A stretch of 64,000 nucleotides of DNA, taken from the NCBI GenBank assembly GCA_964016885.1, contig OZ024755.1:31434001-31498000 (forward strand), read 5' to 3'. Each line of letters opens with the position of its first letter. Positions within the stretch are counted from its first letter, which is position 1. This DNA comes from Eledone cirrhosa (lineage: Eukaryota). Shown here piece after piece: positions 15,201 through 30,400 of this stretch. The notes below the pieces were generated by a model, which ran no database searches, had not been told where the DNA came from, and was given only the letters and a program-made list of their open reading frames with translations. The translations under genes were made by a program, and so were the position numbers.

Positions 15201-17360
15201 AACCTTCTGAAGGACTTGTACCCCATGTATGACATGTGTAGCAACCTTCTGAAGGACGTGTACTCCATGTATGGGATGTGTAGCAACCTTCTGAAGGACT
15301 TGTACCCCATGCATGGGATGTGTAGCAACCATCTGAAGGACTTGTACCCCATGTATGGGATGTGTAGCAACCTTCTGAAGGACTTGTACCCATGTATGGG
15401 ATTTGTAGCAACCTTCTGAAGGACTTGTACCCCATGTATGGGATGTGTAGCAACCTTCTGAAGGACTTGTACCCCATGTATGGGATGTGCAGCAACCTTC
15501 TGAAGGACTTGTACCCCATGTATGGGATGTGTAGCAACCTTCGGAATGACTTGTACCCCATGTATGGGATGTGCAGCAACCTTCTGAAGGACTTGTACCC
15601 CATGTATGGGATTTGTAGCAACCTTCTGAAGGACTTGTACCCCATGTATGGGATTTGTAGCAACCTTCTGAAGGACTTGTACCCCATGTATGGGATGTGT
15701 AGCAACCTTCTGAAGGACTTGTACCCCATGTATGGGATGTGTAGCAACCTTCTGAAGGACTTGTACCCCATGTATGGGATGTGCAGCGACCTTCTGAAGG
15801 ACTTGTACCCCATGTATGGGATGTGTAGCAACCTTCTGAAGGACTTGAACCCCATGTATGGGATGTGTAGCAACCTTCTGAAGGACTTGTACCCCATGTC
15901 CGGGATGTGTAGCAACCTTCTGAAGGAGTTGTACCCCATGTATGGGATTTGTAGCAACCTTCTGAAGGACTTGAACCCCATGTATGGGATATGTAGCAAC
16001 CTTCTGAAGGACTTGTACCCCATGTATGGGATTTGTAGCAACCTTCTGAAGGACTTGTACCCCATGTATGGGATGTGCAGCAACCTTCTGAAGCACTTGT
16101 ACCCCATGTATGGGATGCGCAGCAACCTTCTGAAGGACTTGTACCCCATGTATGGGATATGTAGCAACCTTCTGAAGGACTTGTACCCCATGTATGGGAT
16201 TTGTAGCAACCTTCTGAAGGACTTGTACCCATGTATGGGATGTGTAGCAACCTTCTGAAGCACTTGTACCCCATGTATGGGATGTGTAGCATCCTTCTGA
16301 AGGACTTGTACCCCATGTATGGGATGTGTAGCAACCTTCTGAAGGACTTGTACCCCATGTATGGGATGTGCAGCAACATTCTGAAGGACTTGTACCCCAT
16401 GAATGGGATATGTAGCGACCTTCTGAAGGACTTGTACCCCATGTATGGGATGTGTAGCAACTTTCTGAAGGACTTGAACCCCATGTATGGGATGTGTAGC
16501 AACCTTCTGAAGGACTTGTACCCAATGTATGGGATGTGTAGCAACCTTCTGAAGGACTTGTACCCCATGTATGGGATATGTAGCAACCTTCTGAAGAACA
16601 TGTACCCCATGTATGGGATATGTAGCAACCTTCTGAAGGACTTGAGCCCCATGTATGGGATGTGTAGCAACCTTCTGAAGGACTTGTACCCCATGTATGG
16701 GATGTGTAACAACCTTCTGAAGGACTTGTACCCCATGTATGGGATGTGCAGCAACCTTCTGAAGGACTTGTACCCCATGTATGGGATGTGCAGCAACCTT
16801 CTGAAGGACTTGTACCCCATGTATGGGATGTGTAACAACCTTCTGAAGGACTTGAACCCCATGTATGGGATGTGTAGCAACCTTCTGAAGGACTTGTACC
16901 CCATGTATGGGATGTGTAGCAACCTTCTGAAGGACTTGTACCCCATGTATGGGATATGTAGCAACCTTCTGAAGGACTTGAACCCCATGTATGGGATGTG
17001 CAGCAAGCTTCTGAAGGACTTGTACCACATGTATGGGATTTGTAGCAACCTCCTGAAGAACTTGAACCCCATGTATGGGATATGTAGCAACCTCCTGAAG
17101 AACTTGAACCCCATGTATGGGATATGTAGCAACCTTCTGAAGGACTTGAGCCCCATGTATGGGATATGTAGCAACCTTCTGAAGGACTTGAGCCCCATGT
17201 ATGGGATGTGTAGCAACCTTCTGAAGGACTTGTACCCCATGTATGTGATGTGTAGCAACCTTCTGAAGGACTTGTACCCCATGTATGGGATGTGTAGCAA
17301 CCTTCTGAAGGACTTGTACCCCATGTATGGGATGTGCAGCAACCTTCTGAAGGACTTGTA
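250..17360. repeat. Higher-order duplication of a ~7.1-kb block: ~250-7380 repeated at ~10140-17360 (offset 9,894 then 9,978 bp)
   Basis: Marker GAACATGTAC is at 287 and 10181, AAGCTT at 822 and 10716, and the insertion ATGTTGTGGG at 4407 and 14385. ORF-track starts 2271/12249, 2480/12458, 3443/13421, 4417/14395, 5414/15392 and 6253/16231 all differ by 9,978. Confidence 0.92.
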
Positions 17361-20300
17361 CCCATGTATGGGATATGTAGCAACCTTCTGAAGGACTTGT
17401 ACCCCATGTATGGGATGTGCAGCAACCTTCTGAAGGACTTGTACCCCATGTATGGGACGTGTAGCAACCTTCTGAAGGACTTGTACCCCATGTATGGGAT
17501 GTGTAGCAACCTTCTGAAGGACTTGTACCCCATGTATGGGATGTGCAGCAACCTTCTGAAGGACTTGTACCCCATGTATGGGATGTGCAGCAACCTTCTG
17601 AAGGACTTGTACCCCATGTATGGGATGTGTAACAACCTTCTGAAGGACTTGAACCCCATGTATGGGATGTGTAGCAACCTTCTGAAGGACTTGTACCCCA
17701 TGTATGGGATGTGCAGCAACCTTCTGAAGGACTTGTACCCCATGTATGGGATGTGTAGCAACCTTCTGAAGGACTTGTACCCCATGTATGGGATTTGTAG
17801 CAACCTTCTGAAGGACTTGTACCCCATGTATGGGATATGTAGCAACCTTCTGAAGGACTTGTACCCCATGTATGGGATGTGTAGCAACCTTCTGAAGCAC
17901 TTGTACCCCATGTATGGGATGTGTAGCAACCTTCTGAAGGACTTGTACCCCATGTATGGGATGTGCAGCAACCTTCTGAAGGACTTGTACCCATGTATGG
18001 GATGTGTAGCAACATTCTGAAGGACTTGTACCCCATGTATGGGATGTGCAGCAACCTTCTGAAGGACTTGTACCCCATGTATGGGATGTGTAGCAACCTT
18101 CTGAAGGACTTGTACCCCATGTATGGGATGTGTAGCAACCTTCTGAAGGACTTGTACCCCATGTATGGGATGTGTAGCAACCTTCTGAAGGACTTGTACC
18201 CATGTATGGGATGTGTAGCAACCTTCTGAAGGACTTGTACCCCATGTATGGGATGTGTAGCAACCTTCTGAAGGACTTGTACCCCATCTATGGGATGTGT
18301 AGCAACCTTCTGAAGGACTTGTACCCCATGTATGGGATGTGTAGCAACCTTCTGAAGGACTTGTACCCCATGTATGGGATGTGCAGCAACCTTCTGAAGG
18401 ACTTGTACCCCATGTATGGGATGTGTAGCAACCTTCGGAATGACTTGTACCCCATGTATGGGATGTGTAGCAACCTTCTGAAGGACTTGTACCCCATGTA
18501 TGGGATGCGTAGCAACCTTCTGAAGGACTTGTACCCCATGTATGGGATATGTAGCAACCTTCTGAAGGACTTGTACCCCATGTATGGGATGTGTAGCAAC
18601 CTTCTGAAGGACTTGTACCCATGTATGGGATTTGTAGCAATCTTCTGAAGGACTTGTACCCCATGTATGGGATGTGTAGCAACATTCTGAAGGACTTGTA
18701 CCCCATGTATGGGATGTGCAGCAACCTTCTGAAGGACTTGTACCCCATGTATGGGATGTGTAGCAACCTTCGGAATGACTTGTACCCCATGTATGGGATG
18801 TGTAGCAACCTTCTGAAGGACTTGTACCCATGTATGGGATGTGCAGCAACCTTCTGAAGGACTTGTACCCCATGTATGGGATGTGTAGCAACCTTCGGAA
18901 TGACTTGTACCCCATGTATGGGATGTGCAGCAACCTTCTGAAGGACTTGTACCCCATGTATGGGATGTGTAGCAACCTTCTGAAGGACTTGTACCCTATG
19001 TATGGGATGTGCAGCAACATTCTGAAGGACTTGAACCCCATGTATGGGATGTGCAGCAACCTTCTGAAGGACTTGTACCCCATGTATGGGATGTGTAGCA
19101 ACCTTCTGAAGGACTTGTACTCCATGTATGGGATGTGTAGCAACCTTCTGAAGGACTTGTACCCCATGTATGGGATGTGCAGCAACCTTCTGAAGGACTT
19201 GTACCCCATGTATGGGATGTGTAGCAACCTTCTGAAGGACTTGTACTCCATGTATGGGATGTGTAGCAACCTTCTGAAGGACTTGTACCCCATGTATGGG
19301 ATGTGCAGCAACCTTCTGAAGGACTTGTACCCCATGTATGGGATGTGCAGCAACCTTCTGAAGGACTTGTACCCCATGTATGGGATGTGTAGCAACCTTC
19401 TGAAGGACTTGTACCCCATGTATGGGATGTGCAGCAACCTTCTGAAGGACTTGTACCCCATGTATGGGATGTGCAGCAACCTTCTGAAGGACTTGAACCC
19501 CATGTATGGGATGTGTAGCAACCTTCTGAAGGACTTGTACTCCATGTATGGGATGTGTAGCAACCTTCTGAAGGACTTGTACCCCATGTATGGGATTTGT
19601 AGCAACCTTCTGAAGGACTTGAACCCCATGTATGGGATATGTAGCAATCTTCTGAAGGACTTGTACCCCATGTATGGGATTTGTAGCAACCTCCTGAAGG
19701 ACTTGTACCCCATGTATGGGATGTGTAGCAACCTTCTGAAGGACTTGTACCCCATGTTGTGGGATGTGTAGCAACCTTCTGAAGCACTTGTACCCCATGT
19801 ATGGGATGTGCAGCAACCTTCTGAAGGACTTGTACCCCATGTATGGGATATGTAGCAACCTTCTGAAGGACTTGTACCCCATGTATGGGATGTGTAGCAA
19901 CCTTCTGAAGCACTTGTACCCCATGTATGGGATGTGTAGCAACCTTCTGAAGGACTTGTACCCCATGTATGGGATGTGCAGCAACCTTCTGAAGCACTTG
20001 TACCCCATGTATGGGATGTGCAGCAACCTTCTGAAGGACTTGTACCCCATGTATGGGATATGTAGCAACCTTCTGAAGGACTTGTACCCCATGTATGGGA
20101 TGTGTAGCAACCTTCTGAAGCACTTGTACCCCATGTATGGGATGTGTAGCAACCTTCTGAAGGACTTGTACCCCATGTATGGGATGTGCAGCAACCTTCT
20201 GAAGGACTTGTACCCATGTATGGGATGTGTAGCAACCTTCTGAAGGACTTGTACCCCATGTATGGGATGTGTAGCAACCTTCTGAAGGACTTGTACCCCA

Positions 20301-23300
20301 TGTATGGGATGTGTAGCAACCTTCTGAAGGTCTTGTACCCCATGTATGGGATGTGTAGCAACCTTCTGAACGACTTGTACCCCATGTATGGGATGTGTAG
20401 CAACCTTCTGAAGGACTTGTACCCCATGTATGGGATGTGTAGCAACCTTCTGAAGGTCTTGTACCCCATGTATGGGATGTGTAGCAACCTTCTGAAGAAC
20501 TTGTGCCCCATGTATGGGATATGTAGCAACCTTCTGAAGGACTCGAACCCCATGTATGGGATGTGCAGCAACCTTCTGAAGGACTTGTACCCCATGTATG
20601 ACATGTGTAGCAACCTTCTGAAGGACGTGTACTCCATGTATGGGATGTGTAGCAACCTTCTGAAGGACTTGTACCCCATGCATGGGATGTGTAGCAACCA
20701 TCTGAAGGACTTGTACCCCATGTATGGGATGTGTAGCAACCTTCTGAAGGACTTGTACCCATGTATGGGATTTGTAGCAACCTTCTGAAGGACTTGTACC
20801 CCATGTATGGGATGTGTAGCAACCTTCTGAAGGACTTGTACCCCATGTATGGGATGTGCAGCAACCTTCTGAAGGACTTGTACCCCATGTATGGGATGTG
20901 TAGCAACCTTCGGAATGACTTGTACCCCATGTATGGGATGTGCAGCAACCTTCTGAAGGACTTGTACCCCATGTATGGGATTTGTAGCAACCTTCTGAAG
21001 GACTTGTACCCCATGTATGGGATTTGTAGCAACCTTCTGAAGGACGTGTACCCCATGTATGGGATGTGTAGCAACCTTCTGAAGGACTTGTACCCCATGT
21101 ATGGGATGTGTAGCAACCTTCTGAAGGACTTGTACCCCATGTATGGGATGTGCAGCGACCTTCTGAAGGACTTGTACCCCATGTATGGGATGTGTAGCAA
21201 CCTTCTGAAGGACTTGAACCCCATGTATGGGATGTGTAGCAACCTTCTGAAGGACTTGTACCCCATGTCCGGGATGTGTAGCAACCTTCTGAAGGAGTTG
21301 TACCCCATGTATGGGATTTGTAGCAACCTTCTGAAGGACTTGAACCCCATGTATGGGATATGTAGCAACCTTCTGAAGGACTTGTACCCCATGTATGGGA
21401 TTTGTAGCAACCTTCTGAAGGACTTGTACCCCATGTATGGGATGTGCAGCAACCTTCTGAAGCACTTGTACCCCATGTATGGGATGCGCAGCAACCTTCT
21501 GAAGGACTTGTACCCCATGTATGGGATATGTAGCAACCTTCTGAAGGACTTGTACCCCATGTATGGGATTTGTAGCAACCTTCTGAAGGACTTGTACCCA
21601 TGTATGGGATGTGTAGCAACCTTCTGAAGCACTTGTACCCCATGTATGGGATGTGTAGCATCCTTCTGAAGGACTTGTACCCCATGTATGGGATGTGTAG
21701 CAACCTTCTGAAGGACTTGTACCCCATGTATGGGATGTGCAGCAACATTCTGAAGGACTTGTACCCCATGAATGGGATATGTAGCGACCTTCTGAAGGAC
21801 TTGTACCCCATGTATGGGATGTGTAGCAACTTTCTGAAGGACTTGAACCCCATGTATGGGATGTGTAGCAACCTTCTGAAGGACTTGTACCCAATGTATG
21901 GGATGTGTAGCAACCTTCTGAAGGACTTGTACCCCATGTATGGGATATGTAGCAACCTTCTGAAGAACATGTACCCCATGTATGGGATATGTAGCAACCT
22001 TCTGAAGGACTTGAGCCCCATGTATGGGATGTGTAGCAACCTTCTGAAGGACTTGTACCCCATGTATGGGATGTGTAACAACCTTCTGAAGGACTTGTAC
22101 CCCATGTATGGGATGTGCAGCAACCTTCTGAAGGACTTGTACCCCATGTATGGGATGTGCAGCAACCTTCTGAAGGACTTGTACCCCATGTATGGGATGT
22201 GTAACAACCTTCTGAAGGACTTGAACCCCATGTATGGGATGTGTAGCAACCTTCTGAAGGACTTGTACCCCATGTATGGGATGTGTAGCAACCTTCTGAA
22301 GGACTTGTACCCCATGTATGGGATATGTAGCAACCTTCTGAAGGACTTGAACCCCATGTATGGGATGTGCAGCAAGCTTCTGAAGGACTTGTACCACATG
22401 TATGGGATTTGTAGCAACCTCCTGAAGAACTTGAACCCCATGTATGGGATATGTAGCAACCTCCTGAAGAACTTGAACCCCATGTATGGGATATGTAGCA
22501 ACCTTCTGAAGGACTTGAGCCCCATGTATGGGATATGTAGCAACCTTCTGAAGGACTTGAGCCCCATGTATGGGATGTGTAGCAACCTTCTGAAGGACTT
22601 GTACCCCATGTATGTGATGTGTAGCAACCTTCTGAAGGACTTGTACCCCATGTATGGGATGTGTAGCAACCTTCTGAAGGACTTGTACCCCATGTATGGG
22701 ATGTGCAGCAACCTTCTGAAGGACTTGTACCCATGTATGGGATATGTAGCAACCTTCTGAAGGACTTGTACCCCATGTATGGGATGTGCAGCAACCTTCT
22801 GAAGGACTTGTACCCCATGTATGGGACGTGTAGCAACCTTCTGAAGGACTTGTACCCCATGTATGGGATGTGTAGCAACCTTCTGAAGGACTTGTACCCC
22901 ATGTATGGGATGTGCAGCAACCTTCTGAAGGACTTGTACCCCATGTATGGGATGTGCAGCAACCTTCTGAAGGACTTGTACCCCATGTATGGGATGTGTA
23001 ACAACCTTCTGAAGGACTTGAACCCCATGTATGGGATGTGTAGCAACCTTCTGAAGGACTTGTACCCCATGTATGGGATGTGCAGCAACCTTCTGAAGGA
23101 CTTGTACCCCATGTATGGGATGTGTAGCAACCTTCTGAAGGACTTGTACCCCATGTATGGGATTTGTAGCAACCTTCTGAAGGACTTGTACCCCATGTAT
23201 GGGATATGTAGCAACCTTCTGAAGGACTTGTACCCCATGTATGGGATGTGTAGCAACCTTCTGAAGCACTTGTACCCCATGTATGGGATGTGTAGCAACC

Positions 23301-24402
23301 TTCTGAAGGACTTGTACCCCATGTATGGGATGTGCAGCAACCTTCTGAAGGACTTGTACCCATGTATGGGATGTGTAGCAACATTCTGAAGGACTTGTAC
23401 CCCATGTATGGGATGTGCAGCAACCTTCTGAAGGACTTGTACCCCATGTATGGGATGTGTAGCAACCTTCTGAAGGACTTGTACCCCATGTATGGGATGT
23501 GTAGCAACCTTCTGAAGGACTTGTACCCCATGTATGGGATGTGTAGCAACCTTCTGAAGGACTTGTACCCATGTATGGGATGTGTAGCAACCTTCTGAAG
23601 GACTTGTACCCCATGTATGGGATGTGTAGCAACCTTCTGAAGGACTTGTACCCCATCTATGGGATGTGTAGCAACCTTCTGAAGGACTTGTACCCCATGT
23701 ATGGGATGTGTAGCAACCTTCTGAAGGACTTGTACCCCATGTATGGGATGTGCAGCAACCTTCTGAAGGACTTGTACCCCATGTATGGGATGTGTAGCAA
23801 CCTTCGGAATGACTTGTACCCCATGTATGGGATGTGTAGCAACCTTCTGAAGGACTTGTACCCCATGTATGGGATGCGTAGCAACCTTCTGAAGGACTTG
23901 TACCCCATGTATGGGATATGTAGCAACCTTCTGAAGGACTTGTACCCCATGTATGGGATGTGTAGCAACCTTCTGAAGGACTTGTACCCATGTATGGGAT
24001 TTGTAGCAATCTTCTGAAGGACTTGTACCCCATGTATGGGATGTGTAGCAACATTCTGAAGGACTTGTACCCCATGTATGGGATGTGCAGCAACCTTCTG
24101 AAGGACTTGTACCCCATGTATGGGATGTGTAGCAACCTTCGGAATGACTTGTACCCCATGTATGGGATGTGTAGCAACCTTCTGAAGGACTTGTACCCAT
24201 GTATGGGATGTGCAGCAACCTTCTGAAGGACTTGTACCCCATGTATGGGATGTGTAGCAACCTTCGGAATGACTTGTACCCCATGTATGGGATGTGCAGC
24301 AACCTTCTGAAGGACTTGTACCCCATGTATGGGATGTGTAGCAACCTTCTGAAGGACTTGTACCCTATGTATGGGATGTGCAGCAACATTCTGAAGGACT
24401 TG
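13800..24402. repeat. Tandem higher-order duplication with 5,369-bp period (128 monomers minus 7 bp): ~13800-19033 repeated at ~19169-24402
   Basis: ORF-track starts 14395/19764, 14817/20186, 15392/20761, 16231/21600, 17334/22703, 17963/23332, 18202/23571, 18621/23990 and 18830/24199 all differ by 5,369. TACTCC is at 13875 and 19244. The copies diverge at 19034 vs 24403. Confidence 0.93.
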
Positions 24403-27400
24403 TACCCCATGAATGGGATATGTAGCAACCTTCTGAAGGACTTGTACGCCATGTATGGGATGTGCAGCAACCTTCTGAAGGATTGTACCCCATGTATGGG
24501 ATTTGTAGCAACCTTCTGAAGGACTTGTACCCCATGTATGGGATGTGTAGCAACCTTCTGAAGGACTTGTACCCCATGTATGGGATGTGTAGCAACCTTC
24601 TAAAGAAATTGTACCCCATGAATGGGATATGTAGCAACCTTCTGAAGGACTTGAACCCCATGTATGGGATGTGTAGCAACCTTCTGAAGGACTTGTACCC
24701 ATGTATGGGATGTGCAGCAACCTTCTGAAGGACTTGTACCCCATGTATGGGATGTGTAGCAACCTTCTGAAGGACTTGTACCCATGTATGGGATGTGTAG
24801 CAACCTTCTGAAGGACTTGTACCCATGTATGGGATGTGCAGCAACCTTCTGAATGACTTGTACCCATGTATGGGATGTGCAGCAACCTTCTGAAGGACTT
24901 GTATCCCATGTATGGGATGTGTAGCAACCTTCTGAAGGACTTGTACCCCATGTATGGGATGTGTAGCAACCTTCTGAAGGACTTGTACCCCATGTATGGG
25001 ATGTGCAGCAACCTTCTGAAGGACTTGTACCCCATGTATGGGATGTGTAGCAACCTTCTGAAGGACTTGTACCCCATGTATGGGATGTGTAGCAACCTTC
25101 TGAAGGACTTGTACCCCATGTATGGGATGTGTAGCAACCTTCTGAAGGACTTGTACCCCATGTATGGGATGTGCAGCAACCTTCTGAAGGACTTGTACCC
25201 CATGTATGGGATGTGTAGCAACCTTCTGAAGGACTTGTACCCCATGTATGGGATGTGCAGCAACCTTCTGAAGGACTTGTACCCCATGTATGGGATGTGC
25301 AGCAACCTTCTGAAGGACTTGTACCCCATGTATGGGATGTGTAGCAACCTTCTGAAGGACTTGTACCCCATGTATGGGATGTGCAGCAACCTTCTGAAGG
25401 ACTTGTACCCCATGTATGGGATGTGTAGCAACCTTCTGAAGGACTTGAACCCCATGTATGGGATATGTAGCAACCTTCTGAAAAACTTGTACCCCATGTA
25501 TGGGATGTGTAGCAACCTTCTGAAGGACTTGTACCCCATGTATGGGATGTGCAGCAACCTTCTGAAGGACTTGTACCCCATGTATGGGATGTGTAGCAAC
25601 CTTCTGAAGGACTTGTACCCATGTATGGGATGTGTAGCAACCTTCTGAAGGACTTGTACCCATGTATGGGATGTGTAGCAACCTTCTGAAGGACTTGTAC
25701 CCATGTATGGGATGTGCAGCAACCTTCTGAAGGACTTGTACCCCATGTATGGGATGTGTAGCAACCTTCTAAAGAAATTGTACCCAATGAATGGGATATG
25801 TAGCAACCTTCTGAAGGACTTGAACCCCATGTATGGGATGTGCAGCAACCTTCTGAAGGACTTGTACCCCATGTATGGGATGTGCAGCAACCTTCTGAAG
25901 GACTTGTACCCCATGTATGGGATGAGTAGCAACCTTCTAAAGATGTTGTACCCCATGAATGGGATATGTAGCAACCTTCTGAAGGACTTGTACCCCATGT
26001 ATGGGATGTGTAACAACCTCCTGAAGGACTTGTACCCCATGTATGGGATGTGTAGCAACCTTCTGAAGGACTTGTACCCCATGTATGGGATGAGTAGCAA
26101 CCTTCTAAAGATGTTGTACCCCATGAATGGGATATGTAGCAACCTTCTGAAGGACTTGTACCCCATGTATGGGATGTGTAGCAACCTCCTGAAGGACTTG
26201 TACCCCATGTATGGGATGTGTAGCAACCTTCTGAAGGACTTGTACCCCATGTATGGGATGAGTAGCAACCTTCTAAAGATGTTGTACCCCATGAATGGGA
26301 TATGTAGCAACCTTCTGAAGGACTTGTACCCCATGTATGGGATGTGTAGCAACCTTCTGAAGGACTTTTACCCCATGTATGGGATGTGCAGCAACCTTCT
26401 GAAGGACTTGTACCCCATGTATGGGATGTGCAGCAACCTTCTGAAGGACTTGAACCCCATGTATGGGATGTGTAGCAACCTTCTGAAGGACTTGTACTCC
26501 ATGTATGGGATGTGTAGCAACCTTCTGAAGGACTTGTACCCCATGTATGGGATTTGTAGCAACCTTCTGAAGGACTTGAACCCCATGTATGGGATATGTA
26601 GCAATCTTCTGAAGGACTTGTACCCCATGTATGGGATTTGTAGCAACCTCCTGAAGGACTTGTACCCCATGTATGGGATGTGTAGCAACCTTCTGAAGGA
26701 CTTGTACCCCATGTTGTGGGATGTGTAGCAACCTTCTGAAGCACTTGTACCCCATGTATGGGATGTGCAGCAACCTTCTGAAGGACTTGTACCCCATGTA
26801 TGGGATATGTAGCAACCTTCTGAAGGACTTGTACCCCATGTATGGGATGTGTAGCAACCTTCTGAAGCACTTGTACCCCATGTATGGGATGTGTAGCAAC
26901 CTTCTGAAGGACTTGTACCCCATGTATGGGATGTGCAGCAACCTTCTGAAGCACTTGTACCCCATGTATGGGATGTGCAGCAACCTTCTGAAGGACTTGT
27001 ACCCCATGTATGGGATATGTAGCAACCTTCTGAAGGACTTGTACCCCATGTATGGGATGTGTAGCAACCTTCTGAAGCACTTGTACCCCATGTATGGGAT
27101 GTGTAGCAACCTTCTGAAGGACTTGTACCCCATGTATGGGATGTGCAGCAACCTTCTGAAGGACTTGTACCCATGTATGGGATGTGTAGCAACCTTCTGA
27201 AGGACTTGTACCCCATGTATGGGATGTGTAGCAACCTTCTGAAGGACTTGTACCCCATGTATGGGATGTGTAGCAACCTTCTGAAGGTCTTGTACCCCAT
27301 GTATGGGATGTGTAGCAACCTTCTGAACGACTTGTACCCCATGTATGGGATGTGTAGCAACCTTCTGAAGGACTTGTACCCCATGTATGGGATGTGTAGC

Positions 27401-30400
27401 AACCTTCTGAAGGTCTTGTACCCCATGTATGGGATGTGTAGCAACCTTCTGAAGAACTTGTGCCCCATGTATGGGATATGTAGCAACCTTCTGAAGGACT
27501 CGAACCCCATGTATGGGATGTGCAGCAACCTTCTGAAGGACTTGTACCCCATGTATGACATGTGTAGCAACCTTCTGAAGGACGTGTACTCCATGTATGG
27601 GATGTGTAGCAACCTTCTGAAGGACTTGTACCCCATGCATGGGATGTGTAGCAACCATCTGAAGGACTTGTACCCCATGTATGGGATGTGTAGCAACCTT
27701 CTGAAGGACTTGTACCCATGTATGGGATTTGTAGCAACCTTCTGAAGGACTTGTACCCCATGTATGGGATGTGTAGCAACCTTCTGAAGGACTTGTACCC
27801 CATGTATGGGATGTGCAGCAACCTTCTGAAGGACTTGTACCCCATGTATGGGATGTGTAGCAACCTTCGGAATGACTTGTACCCCATGTATGGGATGTGC
27901 AGCAACCTTCTGAAGGACTTGTACCCCATGTATGGGATTTGTAGCAACCTTCTGAAGGACTTGTACCCCATGTATGGGATTTGTAGCAACCTTCTGAAGG
28001 ACTTGTACCCCATGTATGGGATGTGTAGCAACCTTCTGAAGGACTTGTACCCCATGTATGGGATGTGTAGCAACCTTCTGAAGGACTTGTACCCCATGTA
28101 TGGGATGTGCAGCGACCTTCTGAAGGACTTGTACCCCATGTATGGGATGTGTAGCAACCTTCTGAAGGACTTGAACCCCATGTATGGGATGTGTAGCAAC
28201 CTTCTGAAGGAGTTGTACCCCATGTATGGGATTTGTAGCAACCTTCTGAAGCACTTGTACCCCATGTATGGCATGTGTAGTAACCTTCTGAAGGACTTGT
28301 ACCCCATGTATGGCATGTGTAGTAACCTTCTGAAGGACTTGTACCCCATGTATGGGATGTGCAGCAACCTTCTGAAGGACTTGTACCCCATGTATGGGAT
28401 GTGCAGCAACCTTCTGAAGGACTTGTACCCCATGTATGGGATGTGCAGCAACCTTCTGAAGGTCTTGTACCCCATGTATGGGATGTGTAGCAACCTTCTG
28501 AAGAAATTGTGCCTCATGTATGGGATGTGTAGCAACCTTCTGAAGGACTTGTACCCCATGTATGGGATGTGTAGCAACCTTCTGAAGGACTTGTACCCCA
28601 TGTATGGGATGTGTAGCAACCTTCTGAAGCACTTGTACCCCATGTATGGGATGTGTAGCAACCTTCTGAAGGACTTGTACCCCATGTATGGGATGTGTAG
28701 CAACCTTCTGAAGGACTTGTACCCATGTATGGGATGTGTAGCAACCTTCTGAAGGACTTGTACCCCATGTATGGGATGTGTAGCAACCTTCTGATAAAAT
28801 TGTACCCCATGAATGGGATGTGTAGCAACCTTCTGAAGCACTTGTACCCCATGTATGGGATGTGTAGCAACCTTCTGAAGAACTTGTACCCCATGTATGG
28901 GATGTGTAGCAACCTTCTGAAGAACATGTACCCCATGTATGGGATGTGTAGCAACCTTCTGAAGGACTTGTACCCCATGTATGGGATGTGTAGCAACCTT
29001 CTGAAGGACTTGTACCCCATGTATGGGATGTGCAGCAACCTTCTGAAGGACTTGAACCCCATGTATGGGATGTGTAGCAACCTTCTGAAGGACTTGTACC
29101 CCATGTCTGGGATGTGTAGCAACCTTCTGAAGGAGTTGTACCCCATGTATGGGATTTGTAGCAACCTTCTGAAGGACTTGAACCCCATGTATGGGATATG
29201 TAGCAACCTTCTGAAGGACTTGTACCCCATGTATGGGATTTGTAGCAACCTTCTGAAGGACTTGTACCCCATGTATGGGATGTGCAGCAACCTTCTGAAG
29301 CACTTGTACCCCATGTATGGGATGTGCAGCAACCTTCTGAAGGACTTGTACCCCATGTATGGGATATGTAGCAACCTTCTGAAGGACTTGTACCCCATGT
29401 ATGGGATTTGTAGCAACCTTCTGAAGGACTTGTACCCATGTATGGGATGTGTAGCAACCTTCTGAAGCACTTGTACCGCATGTATGGGATGTGTAGCAAC
29501 CTTCTGAAGGACTTGTACCCCATGTATGGGATATGTAGCAACCTTCTGAAGGACTTGTACCCCATGTATGGGATGTGCAGCAACCTTCTGAAGGACTTGT
29601 ACCCATGTATGGGATGTGTAGCAACCTTCTGAAGCACTTGTACCGCATGTATGGGATGTGTAGCAACCTTCTGAAGGACTTGTACCCCATGTATGGGATG
29701 TGCAGCAACCTTCTGAAGGACTTGTACCCCATGTATGGGATGTGTAGCAACCTTCTGAAGAAATTGTACCCCATGTATGGGATGTGCAGCAACATTCTGA
29801 AGGACTTGTACCCCATGAATGGGATATGTAGCAACCTTCTGAAGGACTTGTACCACATGTATGGGATGTGTAGCAACCTTCTGAAGAAATTGTACCCCAT
29901 GTATGGGATGTGTAGCAACCTTCTGAAGGACTTGTACCCCATGTATGGGATGTGTAGCAACCTTCTGAAGAAATTGTACCCCATGTATGGGATGTGTAGC
30001 AACCTTCTGAAGGACTTGTACCCCATGTATGGGATGTGTAGCAACCTTCTGAAGAAATTGTACCCCATGTATGGGATGTGTAGCAACCTTCTGAAGGACT
30101 TGTACCCCATGTATGGGATGTGTAGCAACCTTCTGAATGACTTGTACCCCATGTATGGGATGTGTAGCAACCTTCTGATAAAATTGTACCCCATGAATGG
30201 GATGTGTAGCAACCTTCTGAAGCACTTGTACCCCATGTATGGGATGTGTAGCAACCTTCTGAAGAACTTGTACCCCATGTATGGGATATGTAGCAACCTT
30301 CTGAAGAACATGTACCCCATGTATGGGGTGTGCAGCAACCTTCTGAAGCACTTGTACCCCATGTATGGCATGTGTAGCAACCTTCTGAAGCACTTGTACC

